From Candidatus Sericytochromatia bacterium (GTDB lineage Bacteria; Cyanobacteriota; Sericytochromatia; S15B-MN24; UBA4093): a DNA stretch of 64,000 bases. Location of the stretch: contig JAKFBU010000056.1 of the NCBI GenBank assembly GCA_036676985.1, positions 199,629-263,628 of the forward strand, in the 5' to 3' direction. Under the pieces are notes generated by a model. It made no database searches. It saw nothing but the letters and a program-made list of their open reading frames with translations, and was not told where the DNA came from. Shown here one piece after another: positions 50,412 through 60,483 of this stretch. Position numbers and translations under genes: made by a program. How positions within the stretch are numbered: the stretch's first letter is position 1; the number at the start of each line of letters is the position of its first letter.

Positions 50412-52460
50412 ATGCGGTTGACCATCGCTACCAAGATCGTCGCGGGCTTCGCCGCCCTGTGTCTGCTCATGGTCGGGCTGGGGGCGATCAGCCTCTGGCA
50501 GGCCTCACGGCTCAACGCCGTGGCGAGCGACATCGGCAAGTCCGAGTTGCCGAGCGTCGCAGCCGCCGATCGCATCGCGTTCCTCGTGTCCGAGGTCCGG
50601 GCCGTCCACTTCGCGCACCTGCTCGCCACCGATCCCGAGCAGTTCGCCAAGCTGGAAACCGACCGCCAGGAGATCGTCTCCTCGTTCCGGACGCTCACCG
50701 ACACCTACTCCCGGACGCTCGCCAAGTCGGAAGCCGACCGGCGCATCCTCGCCGAGGTGCGCGGCCAGTTCGACGAGCTGGTGGCCAAGTCCGACGCCAT
50801 GCTCGAGCTGAGCCGCAACGGCCAGAAGGCCGCGGCGGCCCGCATCCGCCAGGAGCAGGTCCAGCCGGTGAACCGCGCGGTCGTCCATAAGGCCGGCGAG
50901 TTGGTCGCTCAGAAGCAGCTTTCGAGCAAGCAGGCCGTCGAACTCGCCGAGAACAGCTACCGCACGGCCCTGGCGACGGTGCTCGTCTTCCTCGTGCTCG
51001 GCCTGCTGGCGAGCCTCGCGCTCGCGCTGTCGATCTCGCGCCCGATCGCCCGTAACGTCTCCTTGGCGAGCGACGCCGCCGCCCGGATCGCGCGCGGAGA
51101 GCTGGACATCCGGCTCGAGGTGCGCTCCCGCGACGAGCTCGCCGACATGGCCCGTTCGTTCCAGCAAATGATCGCCTATCTGCAGGACGTGGCGACGACC
51201 GCCGAGGCCATGAGCCGTGGGGACCTGAGCCGCACCATCGAGCCCAAGAGCTCGCGCGACCAGTTCGGCGTGGCGATCGCCCACATGATCCAGGGCCTGC
51301 GGGGCGTGGTCGTCCAGGTCCGCTCGGCCGCCGAGAGCGTCGGCGCGGGTGCCCTTCAGCTCAGCAGCTCCAGCGCCCAGCTGTCGGGCACGGTCTCGGC
51401 CCAGGCCTCGAGCGCCGAGGAGACGTCGGCGACCGTCGTCGAGATGACGGCCAACATCCGCTCGGTCGACCAGAGCGCCCAGACCGTGGGCGATCGCGTC
51501 GGCCTCTTGCACGGCAAGACGGACGACCTCGCGGCCGCCGTCACGCAGACCTCGAGCGCCATCGCCGAGCTCGCGGCGAGCATCCAGGAGGTCGCCGGCA
51601 ACGTGGCCCACGCCAGCCAGGTCTCCGAGCAGGCCTCCGAGGCCGCGACCCTCGGCGAGCGCGCCGTCGCCCAGACCATCGAAGGCATGCGCGCCATCTC
51701 GGAGACCATGCAGGGCATCCAGCAGACCATCCGCATGCTCGACGAGCGCTCGGGCGAGATTGGGGCCATCATCGAGGTGATCGACGACATCGCCGAGCAG
51801 ACCAACCTCCTGGCCTTGAACGCCGCCATCGAGGCGGCCCGGGCTGGAGAGGCCGGCCGCGGCTTCGCGGTGGTCGCCGACGAGGTGCGCAAGCTCGCCG
51901 AGCGCTCGGCCAAGGCCACCCGCGAGATCGGAAGCCTCATCCAGGGCATCCAGCAGGAGACGGCCCAGGCCGTCGGCGTCACGCGCGAGGGTGCGGCCAA
52001 GGTGGAAGAGGGCGTCCGGCTCGCCAACAACACCAACGGCGCCTTGCAGCAGATCCGCCATGCGGCCCAGCAGGTCAGCGCCCTGCTCAGCGAGGTCACG
52101 GTCGCGACCTCGGAGCAGGCCCGCGCCAGCTCGCAGATCGTCTCGACCAGCGAGCAGATGGCCCTCATCAACCAGGACGTCACGGGCGCGGTGGTCGAGA
52201 TGAAGCAGCTCATCCGCTCGGTCACCTACGCCACCTCCGAGCAGCGTCAGGGCACCGAGCAGGTGGTGAAGGTCATCGAGCACCTGAGTCAGAGCTCGCA
52301 GGAGGCCGCCACGGCCACCGAGCAGGTCTCGGCCACGGCCAACGACCTCAAGCAGCAGGCCCAGTCGCTCCAGGGGACCGTCGCCTTCTTCAAGCTCGAC
52401 GATCAGGCCAGCCTCTCGCTCGATGTCGGCCGAGCGCTCGCCCTGCCCTCGAAGGTGTAG
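50412..52460 (+). CDS. Methyl-accepting chemotaxis protein (4HB sensor, HAMP domains)
   Basis: Two TMs, [44 protein letters not shown]; GGAGG SD. Confidence 0.96.
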   Translation: MRLTIATKIVAGFAALCLLMVGLGAISLWQASRLNAVASDIGKSELPSVAAADRIAFLVSEVRAVHFAHLLATDPEQFAKLETDRQEIVSSFRTLTDTYSRTLAKSEADRRILAEVRGQFDELVAKSDAMLELSRNGQKAAAARIRQEQVQPVNRAVVHKAGELVAQKQLSSKQAVELAENSYRTALATVLVFLVLGLLASLALALSISRPIARNVSLASDAAARIARGELDIRLEVRSRDELADMARSFQQMIAYLQDVATTAEAMSRGDLSRTIEPKSSRDQFGVAIAHMIQGLRGVVVQVRSAAESVGAGALQLSSSSAQLSGTVSAQASSAEETSATVVEMTANIRSVDQSAQTVGDRVGLLHGKTDDLAAAVTQTSSAIAELAASIQEVAGNVAHASQVSEQASEAATLGERAVAQTIEGMRAISETMQGIQQTIRMLDERSGEIGAIIEVIDDIAEQTNLLALNAAIEAARAGEAGRGFAVVADEVRKLAERSAKATREIGSLIQGIQQETAQAVGVTREGAAKVEEGVRLANNTNGALQQIRHAAQQVSALLSEVTVATSEQARASSQIVSTSEQMALINQDVTGAVVEMKQLIRSVTYATSEQRQGTEQVVKVIEHLSQSSQEAATATEQVSATANDLKQQAQSLQGTVAFFKLDDQASLSLDVGRALALPSKV

Positions 52461-52463
52461 CCC

Positions 52464-54731
52464 ATGGCAAGTCCCCACCGCACCGATCGTCACCACCTGT
52501 GCCGACAAGCCGGCCTGGGATGCGAAAGCGTCCGCCGCTTCGACGCCATCTTCCAGACGCCCGCGGTGGGGATCGCCCTGGTCTCCTTGACCGGGCACCT
52601 CCTCGACACGAACGAGGCCTGCCAGCAGCTCCTGGGATACGACGCCCAGGAGCTCTCCCGGCTGACGGTTCAGGAGCTGACCCACCCGGAGGACGTGGCG
52701 GGCACGCTCGAGTGCTATCACGATCTGCTCGAAGGCACGAGCGACTCCTCCCACCTCGAGAAGCGCTACGTCCGACGGGACGGCAGCGTCGTGTGGGGAC
52801 AGCTCTCGCTATCGCTGGTACACGCCCAGGACGGGTCGCCGCTCTTCTACCTCGCGGTCCTGCTCGACATCACCCGTCGCAAGGAGGCCGAGCAGAACAT
52901 GCTCCGGCGCAGCGCCTACCTCCAGTTGCTGGGCTCGGTGGCCGTCGAGGCCAACCAGGCCGCGACCTTCGAGGCGGCCCTGCTCAAATGCATCACGCTC
53001 GTCTGCAGCCAGACCGACTGGCAGGTGGGTCACCTCTACGTTCCCTCGCGGGAGCATCCGCTGCTCTTCACGTCGGGCTCGCTCTGGTACCTGGAGGACC
53101 CGGTCCGCTTCCGGACCTTCCAGGAGCACTCGGAGGCGACCCTCTTCTCCTCGGGCATCGGCATCGTCGGCCAGGTCCACCAAACGGGGCGCCCGCAATG
53201 GTGGGTGGACCTCGCCACGGAGCCCAAGTTCATGCGCACCGAGGGCGCAGAGCGCGTGGGGCTCAAGACGGGCTTCGCCTTCCCCCTCCTGGTGGGCTCG
53301 GAGATCGGGGCCGTCCTGGAGTTCTTCACCACCGAGCGCCGGGATATCGATGACGAGCTCCTCGAAGTGATGAGCCAGATCGGCACGCAGCTGGGCCGCG
53401 TCCTCGAGCGCAAGCGGGCCCAGGAAGCGCTCGAGGTCATGAGCTGCACCGACGCCGTCACCCGCCTGCCCAACCGCGTGCTGTTCAGCGATCGCCTGAG
53501 CCAGGCCATCGGCAGCGCCCGGCGCCAGGGGCATGAGGTCGGGATCCTGTACCTCAACCTGGACCGCTTCCAGTTCATCAACGACACCATGGGGCATGAC
53601 CGCGGCGACGAGCTCCTGCGCATGGTTGCCGAACGGCTCGCCACGTGCGTACGCGACGGCGACACGGTGGGACGACTGGGCGGCGACGAGTTCACGATCC
53701 TCTTGCCGGACCTCCAGGAGGCGCCCGAGGTCACGGTCATGGCCGAGGAGATCCTCGCCTCGCTCAACCGCCCCTTCGTGCTGGACGGCCACGAGTTCGT
53801 CGTCACGCCGAGCATCGGCATCGCGACCTTCCCGGCCGACGGCCGGGACGCCGCCGAGCTCGTCCGGAACGCGGCGGCCGCCATGCACCGGGCCAAGTCC
53901 CAGCGCAACGAGTTCCAGCGTTACAGCCCCGTGATGAACGGCTCCAGCAGCGAAAAGCTGCTCCTGGAGCAGGAGCTGCGCAAGGCCATCGAGCGCCGTG
54001 AGCTGCTCGTCCACTACCAGCCCCAGGTGAGCCTGAAGACGCGGCGAATCGTGGGCGCCGAGGCGCTCGTCCGCTGGCAGCACCCGGAGCTCGGCCTGGT
54101 CTCGCCGGCCAAGTTCATCCCCCTGGCCGAGGAGACGGGCCTCATCGTCCCCATCACCGAATGGGTGCTGCGTACGGTCTGCGAGCAGGGTCAGAGGTGG
54201 AAGCGAGAGGGGTACGAACCCGTCCGACTCTCGGTCAACCTGTCGGGGTGCCACTTCCGGCGCCAGAACCTCGTACGCATGGTCGAGCACGTCCTCAGGC
54301 AAACGGGCTTCGATCCCCGCTACCTGGAGCTGGAGCTCACGGAGAGCATCCTCATGGAGGACGTGGAGGAGACCATCGCCACGCTCAAGGAGCTCCGGGC
54401 ACTCGGCATCCACTTCTCCATCGACGACTTCGGGACGGGCTACTCGTCGCTCAGCTACCTGAAGCGCTTTCCCATCCAAAATCTCAAGATCGATCGCTCG
54501 TTCGTCCTGGGTATAGGCAGCGGCGAGGAGGATCGCTCCATCGTCACGGCCATCATCGCCCTGGCGCACAGCCTCCAGCTCCAGGTCACGGCCGAGGGCG
54601 TGGAAGACGACAGCCAGTTGACCTTCCTCGCGGAGAAGGGGTGCGACATGGTGCAGGGGTACCTGTTCAGCAAGCCCGTGCCCGCAGAGGCTTTCCGTTA
54701 CTTGCTGTCCGAGGGCCGGTTCGCCTCCTGA
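52464..54731 (+). CDS. PAS-GAF-GGDEF-EAL c-di-GMP signalling protein
   Basis: PAS (THPED, EKRY), GAF, GGDEF, EAL, ELTES, DDFGTGYSSL, KIDRSF, AEGVE, QGY. Confidence 0.95.
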   Translation: MASPHRTDRHHLCRQAGLGCESVRRFDAIFQTPAVGIALVSLTGHLLDTNEACQQLLGYDAQELSRLTVQELTHPEDVAGTLECYHDLLEGTSDSSHLEKRYVRRDGSVVWGQLSLSLVHAQDGSPLFYLAVLLDITRRKEAEQNMLRRSAYLQLLGSVAVEANQAATFEAALLKCITLVCSQTDWQVGHLYVPSREHPLLFTSGSLWYLEDPVRFRTFQEHSEATLFSSGIGIVGQVHQTGRPQWWVDLATEPKFMRTEGAERVGLKTGFAFPLLVGSEIGAVLEFFTTERRDIDDELLEVMSQIGTQLGRVLERKRAQEALEVMSCTDAVTRLPNRVLFSDRLSQAIGSARRQGHEVGILYLNLDRFQFINDTMGHDRGDELLRMVAERLATCVRDGDTVGRLGGDEFTILLPDLQEAPEVTVMAEEILASLNRPFVLDGHEFVVTPSIGIATFPADGRDAAELVRNAAAAMHRAKSQRNEFQRYSPVMNGSSSEKLLLEQELRKAIERRELLVHYQPQVSLKTRRIVGAEALVRWQHPELGLVSPAKFIPLAEETGLIVPITEWVLRTVCEQGQRWKREGYEPVRLSVNLSGCHFRRQNLVRMVEHVLRQTGFDPRYLELELTESILMEDVEETIATLKELRALGIHFSIDDFGTGYSSLSYLKRFPIQNLKIDRSFVLGIGSGEEDRSIVTAIIALAHSLQLQVTAEGVEDDSQLTFLAEKGCDMVQGYLFSKPVPAEAFRYLLSEGRFAS

Positions 54732-54805
54732 TACCCCCTCATCATTTTTCCTGCCCGGTTAAGGTCGTCTGCTCCAGGGAACAAGGAGCAGGGGAGGCAC
54801 TGACC

Positions 54806-56722
54806 ATGCCGATTGGCAATCGCTTCCATGGCCTGCTATCTTGTAGCCTGGCGGTTTTGCTGCTGGGGACGGCTGCCGCATGCAGCCCCGCGACACCCTC
54901 CCTGCCAGCGCATGGGCAGCTATCGCCCGTGGAAAGTGCCTGGCGCTTGGCCGGACGGGTCGACTTTCCCGAGCGCTCGGTCCAGCTGACCCCGGGCGGG
55001 GTCGTCAATCAGGCGACTGTTACCCTCTACGACAAGAGCAACCAGGCGATCGCCGTGGGCCGCACGGATGCCGCCGGCGCCTTCTCACTGGACCCGGGCA
55101 CGGGCTTCAACCCCGCGGTCGGCGACACTTTCGTGCTGGATGCCTACAAGACGGCGACCACGACGGGCATCGGCTCGGACGTCGTGCGCCTGCGCACCGT
55201 CGTCTCCTGGGGCGGGTCGAGCTGGAACAGCGTCTCGGGATCCGCGATCCTCGTCAACGCCGCGACCACGGCCGTCTGCGTCATCCAGGTACTCAACGCC
55301 GGTATCCTTTCTCCGCGCGACGCGCTCAACGCCGTCACGGGAGCCGTCGTCACCAGCGCCGTCCCGGCCATTGCGCAGGCGGGCAGCAGCGTCACGACCC
55401 TGGTCACGGACCTCCTGACCAAGGACCAGGATCCGATCGCGCGCATCAGCTACGCGAGCGGCCGCTATGCCGCCATTCCCGACGCGGCCTCCGTGGTGAA
55501 GCTCGAGCGCTTCCAGCCGGGCAGCTTTGCAGACACGGTCCTGGACGCCTCGGGCTACCTGCAGCTTTCGGGGCCAAAGCCCTTGCCGAGGGACGCCTCG
55601 TCGGAGACGGCGTACTTCCAGGCCGCGAGCGTTGCCAACGACGGGGCGGGCGTGGTCGCGACCGACGGCACCTACCTGTACGTGAAGGCTTGGGGCGGGT
55701 ACGCCAACACCACGGCCGACGCGAACGTCTACAAGAAGATCGGCACGGGCTTCAACGGCACGACCCGGGGCCAGAACTACGGCAAGCTCGGTACTGTGAC
55801 TCCCTCCACGTCCACCGCCTTCTATTGGAACGGGGGGGTCTACTGCAACACCGGCAATCCCGCCGAGCTCTGCCGGGTGGACGTGACGACGGGGACCGTG
55901 ACCACCGTCCCCATGGCCACGACGACGCTCGTTCGATCGTCCGGCCTGCCGGGCGTCGGCAGCCTGTACACCACCGACGGCACCTACGTCTATTGCCTCG
56001 CCTACCGCTTCAACTCGCCCGGGGCCATCGACAGCGGCGGCTCCCCCACTCCCTACAACGGCTTCATCATCCAGGTCCTGAACCCCGCCAACGGCTTCAG
56101 CCTGGTGCGCCAGTTTCACATGGACACCGACTCCTACTACGTGGACGGCCTGTTCTGCGACGGGACCTATATCTACCCCATCGAGTGGAAGGGAACCGCC
56201 GTCCCGGCCCGCATCCGGCGCTACCGTCTGTCGGACGGCGTCCGGGAGTACGAGGGGTCGTTCCTGCAGAACCACGTTGGAAACCCCTACAACGCGGCGG
56301 CCAACGACCCCATCTCCGGGTCGTGGGATCCCGTCAACCGGGTCTTCTGGATCGGTAACCTGACCAACGAATGGGTCCACATGCTGCGCGCGGGCACCTA
56401 CCACACGGGCGGCACCTACACCTCTGCCCCGCTCGACTCCCGGTCGGGAGCGGCCCACTACGGCCGCCTCACCTGGACGGCGACCACGCCCGCGGGCACC
56501 ACCCTCTCCTTCAAGGTCCGCTCCGCCAACACCCTCGCCGATCTCGAGGCGGCCACCTGGTACGGGCCCACCGGCGCGGGAGACTCCTACACGACCTCGG
56601 GCACGCTCTTGAATCCCCTTCACCTCAAGCAGCGCTACCTCCAGGTCCGGGCGACCATGGCCACCTCCGACACGCAGCAGTCCCCCAGGCTCCAGAGCCT
56701 CGGGGTGGAGGTGTTGCCATGA
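54806..56722 (+). CDS. Large surface lipoprotein, array paralogue 1
   Basis: GGAGG SD before MPIGNRF; lipobox AAAC; TDGTYLY propeller repeats; C-terminal RYLQVRAT...SPRL. Confidence 0.85.
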   Translation: MPIGNRFHGLLSCSLAVLLLGTAAACSPATPSLPAHGQLSPVESAWRLAGRVDFPERSVQLTPGGVVNQATVTLYDKSNQAIAVGRTDAAGAFSLDPGTGFNPAVGDTFVLDAYKTATTTGIGSDVVRLRTVVSWGGSSWNSVSGSAILVNAATTAVCVIQVLNAGILSPRDALNAVTGAVVTSAVPAIAQAGSSVTTLVTDLLTKDQDPIARISYASGRYAAIPDAASVVKLERFQPGSFADTVLDASGYLQLSGPKPLPRDASSETAYFQAASVANDGAGVVATDGTYLYVKAWGGYANTTADANVYKKIGTGFNGTTRGQNYGKLGTVTPSTSTAFYWNGGVYCNTGNPAELCRVDVTTGTVTTVPMATTTLVRSSGLPGVGSLYTTDGTYVYCLAYRFNSPGAIDSGGSPTPYNGFIIQVLNPANGFSLVRQFHMDTDSYYVDGLFCDGTYIYPIEWKGTAVPARIRRYRLSDGVREYEGSFLQNHVGNPYNAAANDPISGSWDPVNRVFWIGNLTNEWVHMLRAGTYHTGGTYTSAPLDSRSGAAHYGRLTWTATTPAGTTLSFKVRSANTLADLEAATWYGPTGAGDSYTTSGTLLNPLHLKQRYLQVRATMATSDTQQSPRLQSLGVEVLP

Positions 56723-58599
56723 GGTCCTGGCGTCATGCGGGTCTGACGGCGATCGCCCTCGCCCTCACCGCCTGCCAGGCCGTCCCCCAGGTCGCGCCGG
56801 CGGCCTCCGTGCCGTCCCAGGCACGCCACCGGCTCCAGGGCACGGCCGACTTCGGGGAGCGCCAGACGCAGATCGCGGCCGGAGAGCTGACGAGCATCGC
56901 CACCGTCACCCTCCTCAACGCGTCCAACCAGACGGTCGCCACCGCTCGCACGGACGCCGCGGGCGCCTTCAGCCTCTTGCCCGGCGCGGCTTTTGCCGTG
57001 GCCGCGGGCGACGTCTTCTACCTGGACGTCTACAAGGGCACGCGAAACAACCAGGTAGGCGGCGACGTGGCCCGGCTGCGCACCATCCTGCAGTGGACGG
57101 CCAACGGCTGGACGAGCACCTCGGGCACCACGGTGGTGGTCAACCCGCTGACCACCGCCGTGTGCGTGCTCCAGGGGCTCAACTCGGGCACCATCGCCCC
57201 GACCGTGACCCTCGGGACGGTCTCGGGCGCGACCGTCACGTCGGGCAACGGGACGATCACGGCCAACTGGAGCGCCCTCAACACGCTGGTACGGGATTTG
57301 CTGGCCAAGGACCAGGATCCCCTCGCGCGCATCTCCCTGACGAGCGGCAGTTACCGGGCCATGCCCAACAAGGCCCAGCCCCTCGTCCTCGAGACCTTCC
57401 TCACGGGCACCTTCGCCGACACGCAGGTGGACGGCACAGGAGCCCTGGTGCTCGCACCGCCGCGGCCCATTCCGAACGACCCGACCTCCGAGCTCGAGAC
57501 CTTCGCGGCGGCCAACGTGGCCCCCAACACGGTGGGCGCGATCGCCACCGACGGCACCTACCTGTACGTGAAGTCCTGGGGAGAGTTCGGCCTCAACAAC
57601 TCGGCCAACCACACCCTCAAGAAGATCGGGAGCGGCTTCAACGGGACGGTGCGGGGAGCCAATTACGGCACGCTGGGGTCGGCCCCGCCTTCCAACGGCA
57701 TCAGCCTGGCCTACTTCGACGGCTACGTCTACATGGCCCTGCAGAACACCAACACGCAGCTGTACCGGGTCTCGACGACCACGGGCGCAAGCTCCGTCCT
57801 CGATCTGCCCGTGCGGCTGAACAACTACCACGGCAGCACCATGACCACCGGCCGCCCCTTGATCACGACGGACGGCCGGTACCTCTACACGTGCTCGTTC
57901 GGGATCAACAACGTGGTCTACAGCGGCTACACCATCCAGGTCCTCGACCCGACCCAGGGCTTCCAGCTGGTGCGCCAGTTCACCATGGACACCAGCTCCT
58001 ACTACACCGATGGGCTGTATTGCGACGGGACCTACCTGTGGCTGCAGGAATGGAACGACACCAACGTGACCCCCAGGATGCGCCGCTACCGGCTCTCCGA
58101 CGGCGCCCGGGAGGTTGAGTACACGTTCCCGCGCTTCCATGACTACACCAACGGCTTTCAGGGCTACAACGCCCTGGCGAACAACCCCCTCAACGGCACG
58201 TGGGATCCGTACAACAAGGTCTTCTGGATGGGCAACCTCAGCAACGAGCGGATCCACCTCATGCGCGGCGGATCCTACATCCCGTCGGGGACCTGGCAGT
58301 CGGCGTCTCTCGACACCGGCTCGGCCGCTCCCCTCTTCGGACGCCTCGCCTGGTCAGGCGACGTCCCGGAGGCGGACGGCCTGAGCTTCCAGATCCGCTC
58401 GGCCACTACCCTGGCGGGTCTCGGCACGGCCACCTGGTACGGCCCCACCGGCACCAGCGACGCCTACACCGTGAGCGGCGCCCCCCTCAACCCCGTCCAT
58501 GCCAAGCACCGCTACGTCCAGGTTCGCGCGACCATGTCGTCGCAAGACCAGCTCACCAGCCCGAAGCTCAATAAACTGAGCCTCGAGGTCCTGCCCTAG
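56719..58599 (+). CDS. Large surface lipoprotein, array paralogue 2
   Basis: ATGA overlap; lipobox LTAC; collinear with paralogue 1. Confidence 0.85.
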   Translation: MRSWRHAGLTAIALALTACQAVPQVAPAASVPSQARHRLQGTADFGERQTQIAAGELTSIATVTLLNASNQTVATARTDAAGAFSLLPGAAFAVAAGDVFYLDVYKGTRNNQVGGDVARLRTILQWTANGWTSTSGTTVVVNPLTTAVCVLQGLNSGTIAPTVTLGTVSGATVTSGNGTITANWSALNTLVRDLLAKDQDPLARISLTSGSYRAMPNKAQPLVLETFLTGTFADTQVDGTGALVLAPPRPIPNDPTSELETFAAANVAPNTVGAIATDGTYLYVKSWGEFGLNNSANHTLKKIGSGFNGTVRGANYGTLGSAPPSNGISLAYFDGYVYMALQNTNTQLYRVSTTTGASSVLDLPVRLNNYHGSTMTTGRPLITTDGRYLYTCSFGINNVVYSGYTIQVLDPTQGFQLVRQFTMDTSSYYTDGLYCDGTYLWLQEWNDTNVTPRMRRYRLSDGAREVEYTFPRFHDYTNGFQGYNALANNPLNGTWDPYNKVFWMGNLSNERIHLMRGGSYIPSGTWQSASLDTGSAAPLFGRLAWSGDVPEADGLSFQIRSATTLAGLGTATWYGPTGTSDAYTVSGAPLNPVHAKHRYVQVRATMSSQDQLTSPKLNKLSLEVLP

Positions 58600-58608
58600 G
58601 AGGTCCGC

Positions 58609-60474
58609 ATGCGCCAGCGATCGCGAATCGGCACCCTCCTCACCCTGGCGTCGGGGGCCTTGCTCATCGGCTGCCAGGTCCTGCCCGGCGCCCCCACGGC
58701 CCGAACGCCCGTCACGGCGAACGCGCAGTCCGAGATCCCGAGCCTCCGGGGCCACGTCCAGTATCCGGGCGATCGCGAGATCGCGGCGACCACCGGCACC
58801 ATCGTGAGCCGCGCCACGGTCTCGATCATGGACGCCGCCGGCCAGACGGTCGCGGCCACGCTCACGGATGCCGCCGGCAACTTCACGCTGAGCGTCAACG
58901 GTGCTTTCACTCCCACCGCGGGAGCCTACTACACCGTCGAGGCCATCAAGGGCCTGGTTGGCAACACCTCGGCGGGCCATGCCGTCCGCATGCGGACCCT
59001 CCTGCAGTGGACGGGCACCGCCTGGAACTCTTGCACCGGGGGGGCGACCATCGCCATCAGCCCGACCACCACGGCGGTGGCCATCATCAAGTACGCCCAG
59101 GCGGCGGTCACGTTCGCCGACACCATGGGGACCGTCACCGGAGCCACGGTCACGTCGGGCAACGCGACGCTCGCCGCCAACTGGCAGGCCGTCCAGAACC
59201 TCGTCACCGACATGCTCTGGCGGGACGTCGATCCGGTGGGCCGGATCGGCTTTTCCGCCGGCGTCTACTCCGCGGTGCTGGACCAGGTGGCGCTCGTGCA
59301 GCCCAACCTCTCGGTGGGCACGTTCGCCAACACCAGCTTGATGCTCGACGGCTCCCTCCAGCTGACGGGGTCCCTGCCCCGGCCCAAGTCCAACAACGAG
59401 ACCAGCTTCGACACGGGCCTCGCGAAGGCCGGCACGGTGGCGACCGATGGCACCTACCTCTACCTCTGCCCGTGGACGACTCCGGGGGTCTGGAGCAAGG
59501 TCGGAACGGGCTTTGGCGGGTCGACCGAGGGCACGGTCTATACCACCTACGCCAACAGGACCACCATGTTCGGCCCCAATGCCGCCTTTTACGGCGGCTA
59601 CCTGTACGTGCCGTACTACTCGAACACCTTGGCCGTGGAGCGCCTGAACACGACGAGCGGCGCCACGGACTCCGTCGCCTTCCCGTCCCCGCTCATCTTC
59701 CGCAACACCGGGCTATCCGGCAGCGGAGGGGACATCTACCTCAACACCGACGGGAAGTACTTCTACAACGGCTCCTACGCGATCAGCGGCGGCGTGAACA
59801 ACGGCTATACCGTCCGGATCTTCGATCCCGCCAACGGTTTCGCCCTGGTCCGCCAGATCACCGGTGACGGCGCCAACACACCCCTCGCGAACACGTCCTA
59901 TTACTCGGACAGCATGTTCGTCGACGGCGTCTACTTCTACTGCATGGAGTGGGCGGGCGGCGGCGGCATCGCCGCCCGCATGCGCCGCTATCGCCTCAGC
60001 GACGGGCAGCTCGAGGCCGAGACGACCTTTTCGCAAGACTACCCGACGGACGACCCGCTGACCGGAGCCTACGATCCGGTTAACAACAAGTTCTGGTTTG
60101 CGAACTATCAGACGGGGGTGGTTCACCGGACCGCCGGTCGGTCGTTTCCGGCATCCGGCACCTGGATCTCGGAGCCGCTCGACACGGGCGGGGCGTCTCC
60201 GGTGTACGGTCGGTTGAGCTTCAACGGAGTCGCCGTCGATGGCCAGACCGTCAAGCTCCGGCTGCGCACGGCCAGCGATGCGGCGGGTCTCGAGAGCGCG
60301 CCCTGGTACGGCCCGACCGGCAGAGGCGATTCCTACACCGTCAGCGGCACCCCCATCAACGCCGTCCACCGCGAGCGCTGGGTCCAGATCCAGGCGACCC
60401 TGGCGCCGGACTCCGTCACGCGGGCGAACACGACGCCACGCCTCTACGGCGTGACCGTCGAGGCCATTCGGTAG
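58609..60474 (+). CDS. Large surface lipoprotein, array paralogue 3
   Basis: AGGAGG SD; lipobox LIGC; same architecture. Confidence 0.85.
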   Translation: MRQRSRIGTLLTLASGALLIGCQVLPGAPTARTPVTANAQSEIPSLRGHVQYPGDREIAATTGTIVSRATVSIMDAAGQTVAATLTDAAGNFTLSVNGAFTPTAGAYYTVEAIKGLVGNTSAGHAVRMRTLLQWTGTAWNSCTGGATIAISPTTTAVAIIKYAQAAVTFADTMGTVTGATVTSGNATLAANWQAVQNLVTDMLWRDVDPVGRIGFSAGVYSAVLDQVALVQPNLSVGTFANTSLMLDGSLQLTGSLPRPKSNNETSFDTGLAKAGTVATDGTYLYLCPWTTPGVWSKVGTGFGGSTEGTVYTTYANRTTMFGPNAAFYGGYLYVPYYSNTLAVERLNTTSGATDSVAFPSPLIFRNTGLSGSGGDIYLNTDGKYFYNGSYAISGGVNNGYTVRIFDPANGFALVRQITGDGANTPLANTSYYSDSMFVDGVYFYCMEWAGGGGIAARMRRYRLSDGQLEAETTFSQDYPTDDPLTGAYDPVNNKFWFANYQTGVVHRTAGRSFPASGTWISEPLDTGGASPVYGRLSFNGVAVDGQTVKLRLRTASDAAGLESAPWYGPTGRGDSYTVSGTPINAVHRERWVQIQATLAPDSVTRANTTPRLYGVTVEAIR

Positions 60475-60483
60475 GAGGTGGTG

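Noticed and set aside
54161-54805. ORF-track N-terminal extensions (54161, 56371, 45208, 9665, 7610, 24754, 10724, 45866, 16695) suggesting gene fusions
   Set aside because: They overlap neighbouring genes in another frame; the true starts have an SD plus signal peptide or family N-terminus further in.
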